Assembly (NCBI GenBank): GCA_951406725.2
Contig: OX597816.1
Coordinates: 140,306,001-140,370,000, forward strand
Direction: 5' to 3'
From: Octopus vulgaris
Taxonomy: Eukaryota
DNA: 64,000 nucleotides
Below, one piece after another: positions 1 through 11,287 of this stretch. Made by a program: the position numbers and the translations under genes. The notes below the pieces were generated by a model that was not told the DNA's origin, ran no database searches, and saw only the letters and a program-made list of their open reading frames with translations. Every line of letters begins with the position of its first letter. Position 1 is the first letter of the stretch.

Positions 1-939
1 GGATTAAGAGAGTTCGAATTGGAGTGCATCAACATGATTGTTTTTGTTTTTTAGTGTTTTCCACAATTTTTGAAATTTATGTCTTATGAACTCTGTCATT
101 ACAAATTAAAACAAAATGACATTTAATTTATATTCGTCGAACTTTCAGAATAGCCGTCTTACATAAATAGAAATTTCTCGTTTTCTATTTGGCGTGCGGT
201 ACCGAGTTTTTTCCACATCTTATCGTATCCCACATTTCAAAATACTTGCGGGGGCGGACTTTCTTTAAAACTTTTTAATCTATGGATTTTTAAATGTTAC
301 CCGTCCCCTCATCGCAATTTGGAACACAAGCAACCACCCTTTTTTTTCTTTTTCACTTTTCATCATGTAGTATTCCATATCATGAAACACTTATAATCCG
401 TATGTTACAGATTAAATTTTGGTATCATACATAAATCGGATTTCTTTTCTTTTTTTTTTTGTGGAGGGTGCGAGATTTTAATCGTGAAAATTAAAATGAA
501 GAAGTGGTTATATGAATTTTTTTCACTAAAACTGTGCATTACAAATGTTTCAAAATGTGGAATACTATAACAGTGATGATGTATTGTGCAACATACATTG
601 AACAAGCAAATTTAACTTACAGTCAGTTGAGTCTCTTTTACCAAACAATAAAGTATTTTTCTTGTTTATATGTTTGCTTCGTCAAAGATTAATGTTTGGT
701 CCGCTCTATTATTGACAACTATAAGACTATAACTAGAAACAGATACAAAAGAAGAGTCAGTAATTCGTGTTTGAGCAATAGATGGTACACCATCGACAGT
801 AGATTGTCATCGCGGCTTCAACAGTTTATTGAAAATTTACACTTAGAGTGTTTACAGCGCACTCTATAATCCACATGCAAAATCTGGTTGCAAATAAATG
901 AAGTGGTGATTGCTTGCTTTTTGTTTCATGCTCTTGCTT

Positions 940-1380
940 GATGTCGCTGGTATCATTCCAAGTTATTGGTCCAGAGGCTTCAGCGTACGTAGAGCCGATC
1001 AGGCCACCTGTTCTGTGCCATCCCCTCTGCATCTTCCAAGCTGATGTCGAGCCTCTGGATGTCTTCCTTAATTACGTTCAGCTATTTGGATGTGGGAGGG
1101 AAGCGCCCACAGGGCCTGCCACGGGCCTCTTCCTGTCCGCAGCTGCTGCATCAAACGAGAGTAAGGCTCTGGTAGGAGGATCTGGCAGGAGGTAGAGGAT
1201 ATGTCCGTACCAGCCGTGGATAGCTATGAGGTGAGAGGCTGCGGGCCGATGCGTGCGCAGTTGTTTGTTGGGAACATGATGGTACCATCTGATGTTCTCG
1301 ATGGTTCACAGGGTTCTGTTATCAAAGCCGTCGTTCCTCTTCGCCAGGATGTTCGTGAGAAAAAAACTTGATCCAATGGC
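940..1380 (-). mobile_element. RTE-clade LINE, degenerate 3' end of ORF
   Basis: Minus-strand translation gives IRWYHHVPNKQLR...WYGHILYLLPDPPTRALL...KRP, resembling the RTE C-terminal region; contains stops and frameshifts. Confidence 0.6.
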
Positions 1381-1409
1381 TCAATCGTTTCATCAACCAT
1401 GTATGGGGT

Positions 1410-1650
1410 TAGAGGGGCTTCAAGTGACTAGACCTGGAGTGTCATCCTCCCCTTCTGGAAACGGAAGGGCGACAAACTCATCTGCAGAAACCACAGGGGC
1501 ATCACCCTCTTCTACATCCCGGAAAAGCTCTTCACAGGGATTATCTTCGGCCGTGCTCTTCCAGCCACTAGAAGCAGGCGCTGCCCACGACAAGCTGGGT
1601 TCATACCAAATCGATCTACTGCCATCATATTTTTGCCTTTCGTCTCATTA
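1410..1650 (+). mobile_element. RTE-clade LINE reverse-transcriptase fragment, inverted relative to 940-1380
   Basis: VILPFWKRKGDKLICRNHRGITL...KLFTGII...RQAGFIPNRST matches the RT N-terminal motifs NYRGITL and QAGF..RST. Confidence 0.75.
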
Positions 1651-1660
1651 TTGAAATTAA

Positions 1661-2530
1661 GTGAGCACTGTTATCACAGCAGTAAATAAAATAAAGATAC
1701 ATGCTCGCAATTCCTCGCTGTTTCAACACCTCTCTACTGGGAATGATGAAGATTATGAATGTTCGTTGCACATAGAAGTTCGATGGCTGTCAAAGGGAAA
1801 CTGCCAGAAAGCTTCTATTCCCTTTTTAAAACAGTTGTTGAATTATTGCAAGACTCTTGTTCCGTTCTTTGTGATGGACCAAGAAACATAAAGTATGGCA
1901 TTGCTTATATGGCGCATATATTCACAAAGTTCAGTGAAGTTCATTTGCAACCTCAAGGAAATTATGTTAAACATCAGCAAAGTAGAACCAATCCGCCCCA
2001 TGTTTCTGTCCCAGTTACAACTATTCAAATGTAACATAAGTTGTTGTTAGTTCTTCCAGTTTCCGAGCCCCTCTGAGTTGGAGGATGAAAAGCGCACACC
2101 CAATGACGTTTGTTCAAGGGTATTGTTCACACTGGGATGCGCTACACAGAGACATGTCTGACAGATTTCAGGATATTTAATTTTGATTGACATACCAATT
2201 TGTGTGATTCCTAGATATAAGTAATGAGGAAACAAGAACAGTGGAGGAAGAACTGACACTGAGCAGAGGCCAAAGTTCAAAAACTCATGTCAGGATTTTG
2301 ATTGCAGAAGAACATTTCTGACTGCTACCCTGCACAGTGGAACAATGTAAAGATGTTGCTTTCCCAATATCATATTTTGTAGAGCGGGCCTCAGTGCAGT
2401 TGCCTTGATTCCTTCAAAGCAAAGAAACAGACTGAAAATTATTGAACGGGGGAAACTAAGAACTTCTTTGTAACTTTCAGCCAGTTGTCGAAAAGTTGAT
2501 ATCGCTGCACAATGTACAGCTATCGCATTA
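1661..2530 (+). mobile_element. hAT (Buster/Charlie-like) transposase relic
   Basis: AVNKIK...NDEDYECSLHIEVRWLSKGNC (cf. HTEVRWLSKG), IAYMAHIFTKFSEVHLQ and the C-terminal FPISYFVER...KQRNRLKIIERG motif; multiple frameshifts. Confidence 0.8.
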
Positions 2531-2562
2531 AAAATATGAAAACAACGTAGTTACAGACGGGA

Positions 2563-2724
2563 TACTCTTTACTCTTTTACTTGTTTCAGTCATTTAACTA
2601 CGGCCATGCTGGGGCACCGCCTTTAGTCGAGCAAATCGACCCCGGGACTTATTATTTGTAAGCCCAGTACTTATTCTATCGGTCTCTTTTGCCGAACCGC
2701 TAAGTAACGGGGACGTAAACACAC
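2563..2724 (-). mobile_element. SINE 3' half, 5'-truncated
   Basis: Minus strand ends ...ggcggtgccccagcatggccgtagttaaatgactgaaacaagtaaaagagtaaagagta, a tail type I recognise from octopus SINEs. Confidence 0.75.
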
Positions 2725-2796
2725 AATGCCTTGTGAGTGGATTTGGTAGAGAGAAAGAGGGGGGACGAAAAAGAAAGAAAGCTCACCATCGCCACC

Positions 2797-2853
<57 letters not shown>
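2797..2853. repeat. (AGT)n microsatellite
   Basis: Perfect trinucleotide run; it explains the poly-Thr ORF 2671-2892. Confidence 0.95.
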
Positions 2854-2923
2854 CTGCATAATATGAGAAAGATTAGTTCCTATTGAATTCATTTTTCAAA
2901 CTTTCATAAGTAATATTACGTAT

Positions 2924-5846
2924 ATTATGTTACGTGAATAAATTTGAATAGAAAATTGACACGATTTTCAAATTTTTTCTCTGCAAAAAATAACAATTCC
3001 TGAATTGTATCTTGTATTTCAACAAATATCCAGCTGTTTTGAAAATGTCTGCCGTGTTTCTGGATTCCCTTTGTTAATTTTTACTACGTGAAAGGCGGCA
3101 CCACGTGAATTTGGGGTTGACAAAATTTGTTTTTTCAAATTGTGTAGGGAATACGATCGCACGTGGTCATATTCTTAACGAATTATTATAAGCTATAAGT
3201 ACAGTGCAGTACCAAAAGAACATAGGTGAATTGACGACAAAGCCGTTCCACTATTTGAGAGAAGATAAGATTTTATTTACAATTGGTGTTAAGGTTAGAA
3301 GGTTGTGAGTGCTAGCAAGTGCGTGTGTGCGCGCGTGCATGCAACACGCATTTGTGTCTGTGTGTTTGTGTGTGTGACAGATACAATAAGGGTGAAAGCG
3401 TGTGACATAGTAGGTACAGAGCATAGAGTTAATGATGGAAATTGATTTACTGTTCATGAGGTACACGAAGTGTAAGCGTTCAATATCAAGATGTTGTGTC
3501 TCGGAGCTGAGATTAGTTGAATCACTTGTGTTTATCTTTCTCTTGATATAGATATTCTTCCAGATATATATACTGCAACTGTTTTTCCGTGGTGAGATTT
3601 TCACACTAACAGCATGAGTTGAATCTGTGAAGTTGGTGTGTACATGTCTGAAGTGGACGATGTTGATGGCGACTTGAAGTTAGTACAATGATGGTGATAA
3701 ACAACAGGGATTACTTGGAAGAGTTACATGACATAGGATTTGCTTCTCAAAGCAAGAAAAGTTTTAACATATCTCTACATTTCGAAAGTTGCAAAGATTT
3801 TTCTTTTGCTTGGGATAGAAAAAATGTAAGTAGCTCTGACCAATGAATGTCTTCCCCGTTGGCCTAAATAGAAACAACAAAACTATACGAGAGATATTCG
3901 AAACCGAGAACGAAGTAGGTCAAGCTGTAGTGGAACACACCTTCTCAGAAACTCATAACACAATACTTGAAATGGTGTGATACAGAGGTTGCAGTAAAGA
4001 ATTTTGCTAACGACATTGTTCCTTGGGTTGAGTAATTTTTGTGTTGCAATACACACAGCTGGTTAACGCTAACGTATCCAATTGTGGTTTGTACTGTTAT
4101 AAAAATTTGAATGGTTTCATAATAACATAGACACTTCGAAGCAGTGCCTATTTCCATGTGTGTAGAAAGAAAGGCTATGGTAGAGAAGAAAACAGCAGCA
4201 AAGACTGTAGCACGAAATGTCACAGAAACTGATATTCTCAAGTCTGCCAGTCGAAACTCCCGAAACGACAGAAGAGATCATTTTGCTCTCGGAGCCAAGA
4301 GCTGATGAACATGAAACAAACCAGGAAGCCCCCAAGGAATCTAAAATCAAGGAAGTTGAGGACCAAGAAACTGAAGATCCATACCTCATTGATCGCATGA
4401 TGACTGAGATGAAATGGAGCCTGGGACAAGAATCAAGCAGTTGGAAGGATTAGAAAAAGACAACAAAGAAAGAGAGAAGAAAAACGCTAACAGGTGCACA
4501 CTTCCTTCCAGGACAGCATGAAATTCATGGATCCTGTGAATATGTAACATAACGCTTAAATCAGAAGTAGTTAGTCTGAAGTGTAATAATTAAAATGTGA
4601 GCTTGAAGAGGAAACAGTGGCAGGTATTTTAAACGATATTGTGGTTTATCACAACATAATAGTTGCATTCTTACACGACATCGCATGCTTTTGTCCATTA
4701 CAGAAAAGGCTCACGGGTACCTTCATGTTGCCCAATTCTCCAATATGTTTTAAAAAGAAACAGAATCACCAAGAATTTCAATGTTTATTTGTCAGTACGT
4801 TATAATAGCCAAAATGACTGCATGCTTCATTTCCTCTCAATGTGCAATGACTAGTTGAAAAATAACTGTGTTGAAGTCATTGTTAATGGGTCAGGGATAT
4901 AAACTTCCACGAGCATGTTTTGCTATTGTTGAACTGCATTGGACATAGGTGTTCTTTTTTCAATTCATCAATAAAACTTTGTTGGTGTGTCGAATGTCTG
5001 AGGTGAGTTTGAACGTACGATTTTATTATCTAAGTGACGTGGTGGGTTATTTGAACAATACTGTAGCGCAAAGATAACTTTTCTTCTAATCATCTGTAAG
5101 TTTTCCAGTAAACATTCGTAGTTCAATACTGTTTAATATATAATTGTTATAGATCTAACAAACATATTTAGAGGCCTATGTAGCGGGTGAGATTTTTACT
5201 CACTAGTATACAACTTAAGTCTTCATTTTACGTTGTTTTTGTCGAATGTGAATTAATTCATTCTGAGAGTTGAGTATGAGTTCATAGTTATACACTTGAC
5301 TTCCTCGATGCCGAAGCACAATCACGGGTTCTTCTTTAAACGTTAAACTGAATATTATCAGAGGTATAAATTGTCAATTCGCAGGATTCGTGTTTTCTTA
5401 TCAGTATTAATAATATAAAGGAAAGATGATTGCGTATCGTTCATCCCTCAAGCTACTACACCTTCCAAATTGCAGCTGATCCTTCTGGAGCCTTTTCAAA
5501 AGGATTTCCACCAACTCTGGAGAATTCATTTATTTTCTGTTTCACAGCAGTAATGTATCCACCCAGCGAAAGCCTCTACATTGTCTGCCTGGTATGCAAC
5601 CATATTTACTCTGCACCCCTCCATTCTTATCTCCTTCCAACCCCTAACTGGTCCAGCAAATTCACGTGGTGCCGCCTTTCACGTGGTAAAAATTAACAAA
5701 AGGAATCCGGAAACACGACAGACTTTTTCAAAACAGCTGGATATTTGTTTAAATACAAGATACAATTCAGGAATTGTTATTTTTTGCAGAGAAAAAATTT
5801 GAAAATCGTGTTAATTTTCTATTCAAATTTATTCACGTGACCTAAT
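2924..5846. mobile_element. ~190-bp inverted repeats (2924-3113 / 5657-5846) bracketing ~2.5 kb; probable decayed TIR transposon
   Basis: acgtgaataaatttgaatagaaaatt...ggcggcaccacgtgaatttg is the reverse complement of caaattcacgtggtgccgcc...ttcaaatttattcacgt with scattered mismatches. Confidence 0.7.
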
Positions 5847-5959
5847 GGTTTCCTTCCATTACCCTCAATGATTACAGTCCAGAGTTAGCCTCTGTACTCA
5901 CCAAAACTCATCAATCTCATTCCTCTCTCTCTCTTTCTCTCTCCCCTTTCTCTCTCTAT

Positions 5960-7260
5960 CCAAAAATATTGTCAAATCTTTGGAAACACGCATTAGTCTG
6001 TCCCTTTCTCAAGAAAGGCAACTTATCTGATCTTGTCAACTATCGCCTTATCGCACTCACTGTCAATGTCTCCAATGGTAATGGAGACAGCATTAAAACG
6101 ACGTCTTTCCGCGCTTTGAATTAGTCTGTCTCCTCAGTGACCATCAGTACGACTTTCGTTAAGTCAGATCTACTAGCCTACTAGTGACCCACAACTTTCC
6201 ATCACTCATCTGATGTCTCTTGGCTCGAGAGAATTTCATGAGAGTAATATCGTTGCTACCGACATCAGTTTTCAGTTTGTCTAGTATGCATATCTCCAAG
6301 CAAAACTGTCTGTCTTTGTCCTTCATTCGTCACTCATCCTTTGGATCGGTAGATTTCTATCAGATCGCAGTATTGCCGTGTGTATTGATGAAGCATTTTT
6401 GTCCCTTGTTCTTTTAACTCCGGTTTTGTCACCCACTTTATTGCTTCTATCCATCAATGACTTACTTGCCACCTACTTGCCACCATATCCAACAACATCC
6501 GCGCTTACGTAGATTATACTACTCTTTATTTCTGCCAAGCATTCACTAGATACCAAACCCTCAGAGACTCCACGAATAAGCGACCTCAAAAGCATCCTCC
6601 AATGGAGATATGCCAATCTTGTCGCTTTCAGCACCAAACAAGCAAAAACGCTGAAAAAAATAATCGTGCTCACCCTATTTAATTGTAAGCAGCACTCAGA
6701 ACCCGCAAACTCGCGCCAAATGTTGGGTCTAGCTCTCACAGAAGATCCCTTCTGGTGAAAGAACATTCATAACGCACCAAGGACCGCATCCCAAATAAAT
6801 GACTCTGCTCTTCAACTTCAGAAGATACTTCAGCTCCCAGCACATATTGATGTCCTACAAAACTCATGTTAGGCCTTTAATGGAGTACTACCCATACATC
6901 TGAGGAAGTGGTAATGTTGCTGCATACATAGACATTCTTGACTGCACCCAGAAAAGGGCCACCCAACTGAATAGTATGAAGTCACAAACAGACTGCAGCC
7001 AATGGCTCACTGTCCCTTCTCTTTACCTTTTCTACCGAAACTATAACCGCCTGTGCTCCGCGGAGCTGGCTGGTTGGCTAGTTAACTGGCTAGACTTATA
7101 TCACCTCTACTCAGGCATTGCCGTCTCACTCGTCCCTTTTTCCACCAGGTCCCTCACTAATCACTATCTCCAGTCCTCCCTTCTGGATTTTCCTCCCTTC
7201 TGGATTTTCCTCCCTTCTCATATTTTTGCTGCAGGTTTTGGCTTAGAGCGGTTCAAGGCA
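5960..7260 (+). mobile_element. Highly decayed L2/CR1-like LINE ORF2 3' portion
   Basis: Residual motifs NYRLIALT, DHQYDFR..RST, YK.HVRPLMEY and LYLFYRNY, with many disruptions. Confidence 0.65.
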
Positions 7261-8451
7261 TTAATCACCGGTCTACCAATTTTTGTAAACCCAGAAGGTG
7301 TGGGGGAACAGCATCTTTTTTGGAACAATTTCTTTAATTGTATAACAATGGTAAAGGCAGTGTGAAAATAAGAATCTTTTCAAATTTAGGCACCAATTTT
7401 GAACGAAGTAGTTACTTGGTTGTATTGACCACAGTATTACATTGCTTTCTAACTTTATTCACACTAGAAGGAAATATGAGTTGAACTCGGCAAGATACGA
7501 ACTAGAAACTAATGCTTTAACAGCACAGACCATCTGTCTACTGTAATTACACGCACACACATATCTAATAACAGTTTGATTCAGTGCCATATGACTTACA
7601 GTTCGTAAGCGCCTGAGACATAGATTTTTTTACATTATATCTCTTTGTTTATTCCTCTTGAATTAATTTTCGAAAATTCTTTTCTGTGATTGTTATTATC
7701 ACTTGACAGAACATGTGCTGCATTTACACATGTGCATATGTTGTCGATCACGGAAGTTTCACCTTGTTATATAATGTGCGTTGTAACATATCTTTTGTGA
7801 AATACTGTACAATAAGTAAAATTCATGTCGACTTGCATAACTTGTTAGTTAACAAAAAACACATTATTTCGGGGTTTTCTGAGGAAAACATTAATATTCA
7901 AAATGAACTTATTTTATGTATAACATTGGATACAAAGCTTGAATTTTGAGCTCAGAACTCTATTCTAATAGTATTTTGAGTTTAACTTTTACTTTAGCAA
8001 AACACTCATCTGACTGAAGTAAAAAAAACAACAAAAAAAACATCGTCTTTTAATACTTTCAATTTGTGTCTCCCTTCAATGACCACCAGTATGATTTTCA
8101 TAAAGCCAAATCTATTGGTGATCTACTCTCCTGTATTATTAACATGTGGGTACATGCTCGAAGGAATTTAGTGAAAGCGATGTTATTGTTCTTGATATCA
8201 GTTTTTCTAATGTATGTGTCTAGTGAGCGAACTTCTAATCGAAATGTCCATCTCTGGGTTCAACTGGTTGGTCATATCTTAGATCAGTAGATTTCGATTA
8301 GGTAGTCCCATTGCTCTTACTCCGATTTTGTCGAACACACTTTCAAAAATAACTGTTTGCTGTTTACAACATAACATTCAGTATGTATGCAAATCCCACC
8401 ATACGCATCCACACACATCATGCAGAAATGAAGTGGCATGTATATGAATAT

Positions 8452-8527
<76 letters not shown>

Positions 8528-10070
8528 GTATGTATGTATGTATACATGTATGTATGTATGTATGTATGTATGTATGTATGTATGTATGCATGTATGTATG
8601 TATAGGCGAATAAATGATAAAAAATACAGGAAGAACCAACAAGACTCAATTAAACGTACATTGTGAATATATTAGATTTAAAGTTTTAGATGAAAAATAG
8701 GAGTAGAAACGATGTTTCGAGCATGGCTCATCGTCGGATAAAGGGAGAATTCTAGAGAGGAGGGAAAACCTTTTTCCACCAGGTCCCTCACTAATCACTA
8801 TCTCCCGTCCCCCCTTCTGGATTTTCCTCCCTTCTCATATTTTTGCTGCAGGTCTTGGCTTAGAGCGGTTCAAGGCATTAATCACCGGTCTACCAATTTT
8901 TGTAAACCCAGAAGGTGTGGGGGAACAGCATCTTTTTTGGAACAATTTCTTTAATTGTATAACAATGGTAAAGGCAGTGTGAAAATAAGAATCTTTTCAA
9001 ATTTAGGCACCAATTTTGAACGAAGTAGTTACTTGGTTGTATTGACCACAGTATTACATTGCTATCTAACTTTATTCACACTAGAAGGAAATAGGAGTTG
9101 AACTCGGCAAGATACGAACTAGAAACTAATGCTTTAACAGCACAGACCATCTGTCTACTGTAATTACACGCACACACATATCTAATAACAGTTTGATTCA
9201 GTGCCATATGACTTAAAGTTCGTAAGCGCCTGAGACATAGATTTTTTTACATTATATCTCTTTGTTTATTCCTCTTGAATTAATTTTCGAAAATTCTTTT
9301 CTGTGATTGTTATTATCACTTGACAGAACATGTGCTGCATTTACACATGTGCATATGTTGTCGATCACAGAAGTTTCACCTTGTTATATAATGTGCGTTG
9401 TAACATATCTTTTGTGAAATACTGTACAATAAGTAAAATTCATGTCGACTTGCATAACTTGTTAGTTAACAAAAAACACATTATTTCGGGGTTTTCTGAG
9501 GAAAACATTAATATTCAAAATGAACTTATTTTATGTATAACATTGGATACAAAGCTTGAATTTTGAGCTCAGAACTCTATTCTAATAGTATTTTGAGTTT
9601 AACTTTTACTTTAGCAAAACACTCATCTGACTGAAGTAAAAAAACAACAAAAAAAACATCGTCTTTTAATACTTTCAATTTGTGTCTCCCTTCAATGACC
9701 ACCAGTATGATTTTCATAAAGCCAAATCTATTGGTGATCTACTCTCCTGTATTATTAACATGTGGGTACATGCTCGAAGGAATTTAGTGAAAGCGATGTT
9801 ATTGTTCTTGATATCAGTTTTTCTAATGTATGTGTCTAGTGAGCGAACTTCTAATCGAAATGTCCATCTCTGGGTTCAACTGGTTGGTCATATCTTAGAT
9901 CAGTAGATTTCGATTAGGTAGTCCCATTGCTCTTACTCCGATTTTGTCGAACACACTTTCAAAAATAACTGTTTGCTGTTTACAACATAACATTCAGTAT
10001 GTATGCAAATCCCACCATACGCATCCACACACATCATGCAGAAATGAAGTGGCATGTATATGAATATGTT

Positions 10071-10149
<79 letters not shown>

Positions 10150-10856
10150 GTATGTATGTATGTATGCATGTATGTATGTATGTATGTATGTATGTATGTA
10201 TGTATGCATGTATGTATGTATAGGCGAATAAATGATAAAAAATACAGGAAGAACCAACAAGACTCAATTAAACGTACATTGTGAATATATTAGATTTAAA
10301 GTTTTAGATGAAAAATAGGAGTAGAAACGATGTTTCGAGCATGGCTCATCGTCGGATAAAGGGAGAATTCTAGAGAGGAGGGAAAACCTTTTTCCACCAG
10401 GTTCCTCACTAATCACTATCTCCCGTCCCCCCTTCTGGATTTTCCTCCCTTCTCATATTTTTGCTGCAGGTCTTGGCTTAGAGCGGTTCAAGGCATTAAT
10501 CACCGGTCTACCAATTTTTGTAAACCCAGAAGGTGTGGGGGAACAGCATCTTTTTTGGAACAATTTCTTTAATTGTATAACAATGGTAAAGGCAGTGTGA
10601 AAATAAGAATCTTTTCAAATTTAGGCACCAATTTTGAACGAAGTAGTTACTTGGTTGTATTGACCACAGTATTACATTGCTATCTAACTTTATTCACACT
10701 AGAAGGAAATAGGAGTTGAACTCGGCAAGATACGAACTAGAAACTAATGCTTTAACAGCACAGACCATCTGTCTACTGTAATTACACGCACACACATATT
10801 TAATAACAGTTTGATTCAGTGCCATATGACTTAAAGTTCGTAAGCGCCTGAGACAT
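7135..10856. repeat. ~1.62-kb tandem array A-invB-A-invB-A
   Basis: A = 7135-7621, 8769-9238, 10387-10856; invB = 7623-8768, 9240-10386, the reverse complement of 14739-15796. The ORFs at 8066/9682 (+) and 15128-15352 (-) are identical. Confidence 0.95.
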
Positions 10857-11097
10857 GTCCATCTCATCAGATAATATTCTTCTAATATCTTCTTCGATGG
10901 ACTTGTTCTACGCGCCCACGAAGTATTTAAGCCATATGGAACTGAGTTAAAATTGTCTGATTCTTCAAAGACGCATCAAAATTAGTTTGTTGAAGCAGGA
11001 TTTCACATCAAGCGTCTTGCAAACCTAAAACAAGAATGAAATTTATATAACTTCTACCCAGTGTGCTGACTGTTACTTTCTTTCGTTTGTCTTCTCA

Positions 11098-11233
<136 letters not shown>

Positions 11234-11287
11234 AGAAAGTTGGTTTTGAAAAGCTAAACGCGAAACCGGTCTTTCTTCTAAACTATG

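Noticed and set aside
3230-4500. Possible Gypsy LTR/gag remnant
   Set aside because: No second LTR, primer-binding site or convincing protein motif.
8066-8290. 74-aa ORF MSPFNDHQYDFHKAKSIGDLL... present four times
   Set aside because: It is a decayed LINE RT fragment (DHQYGFR..RSTGDLL-like) multiplied with segment B, not a small gene family.
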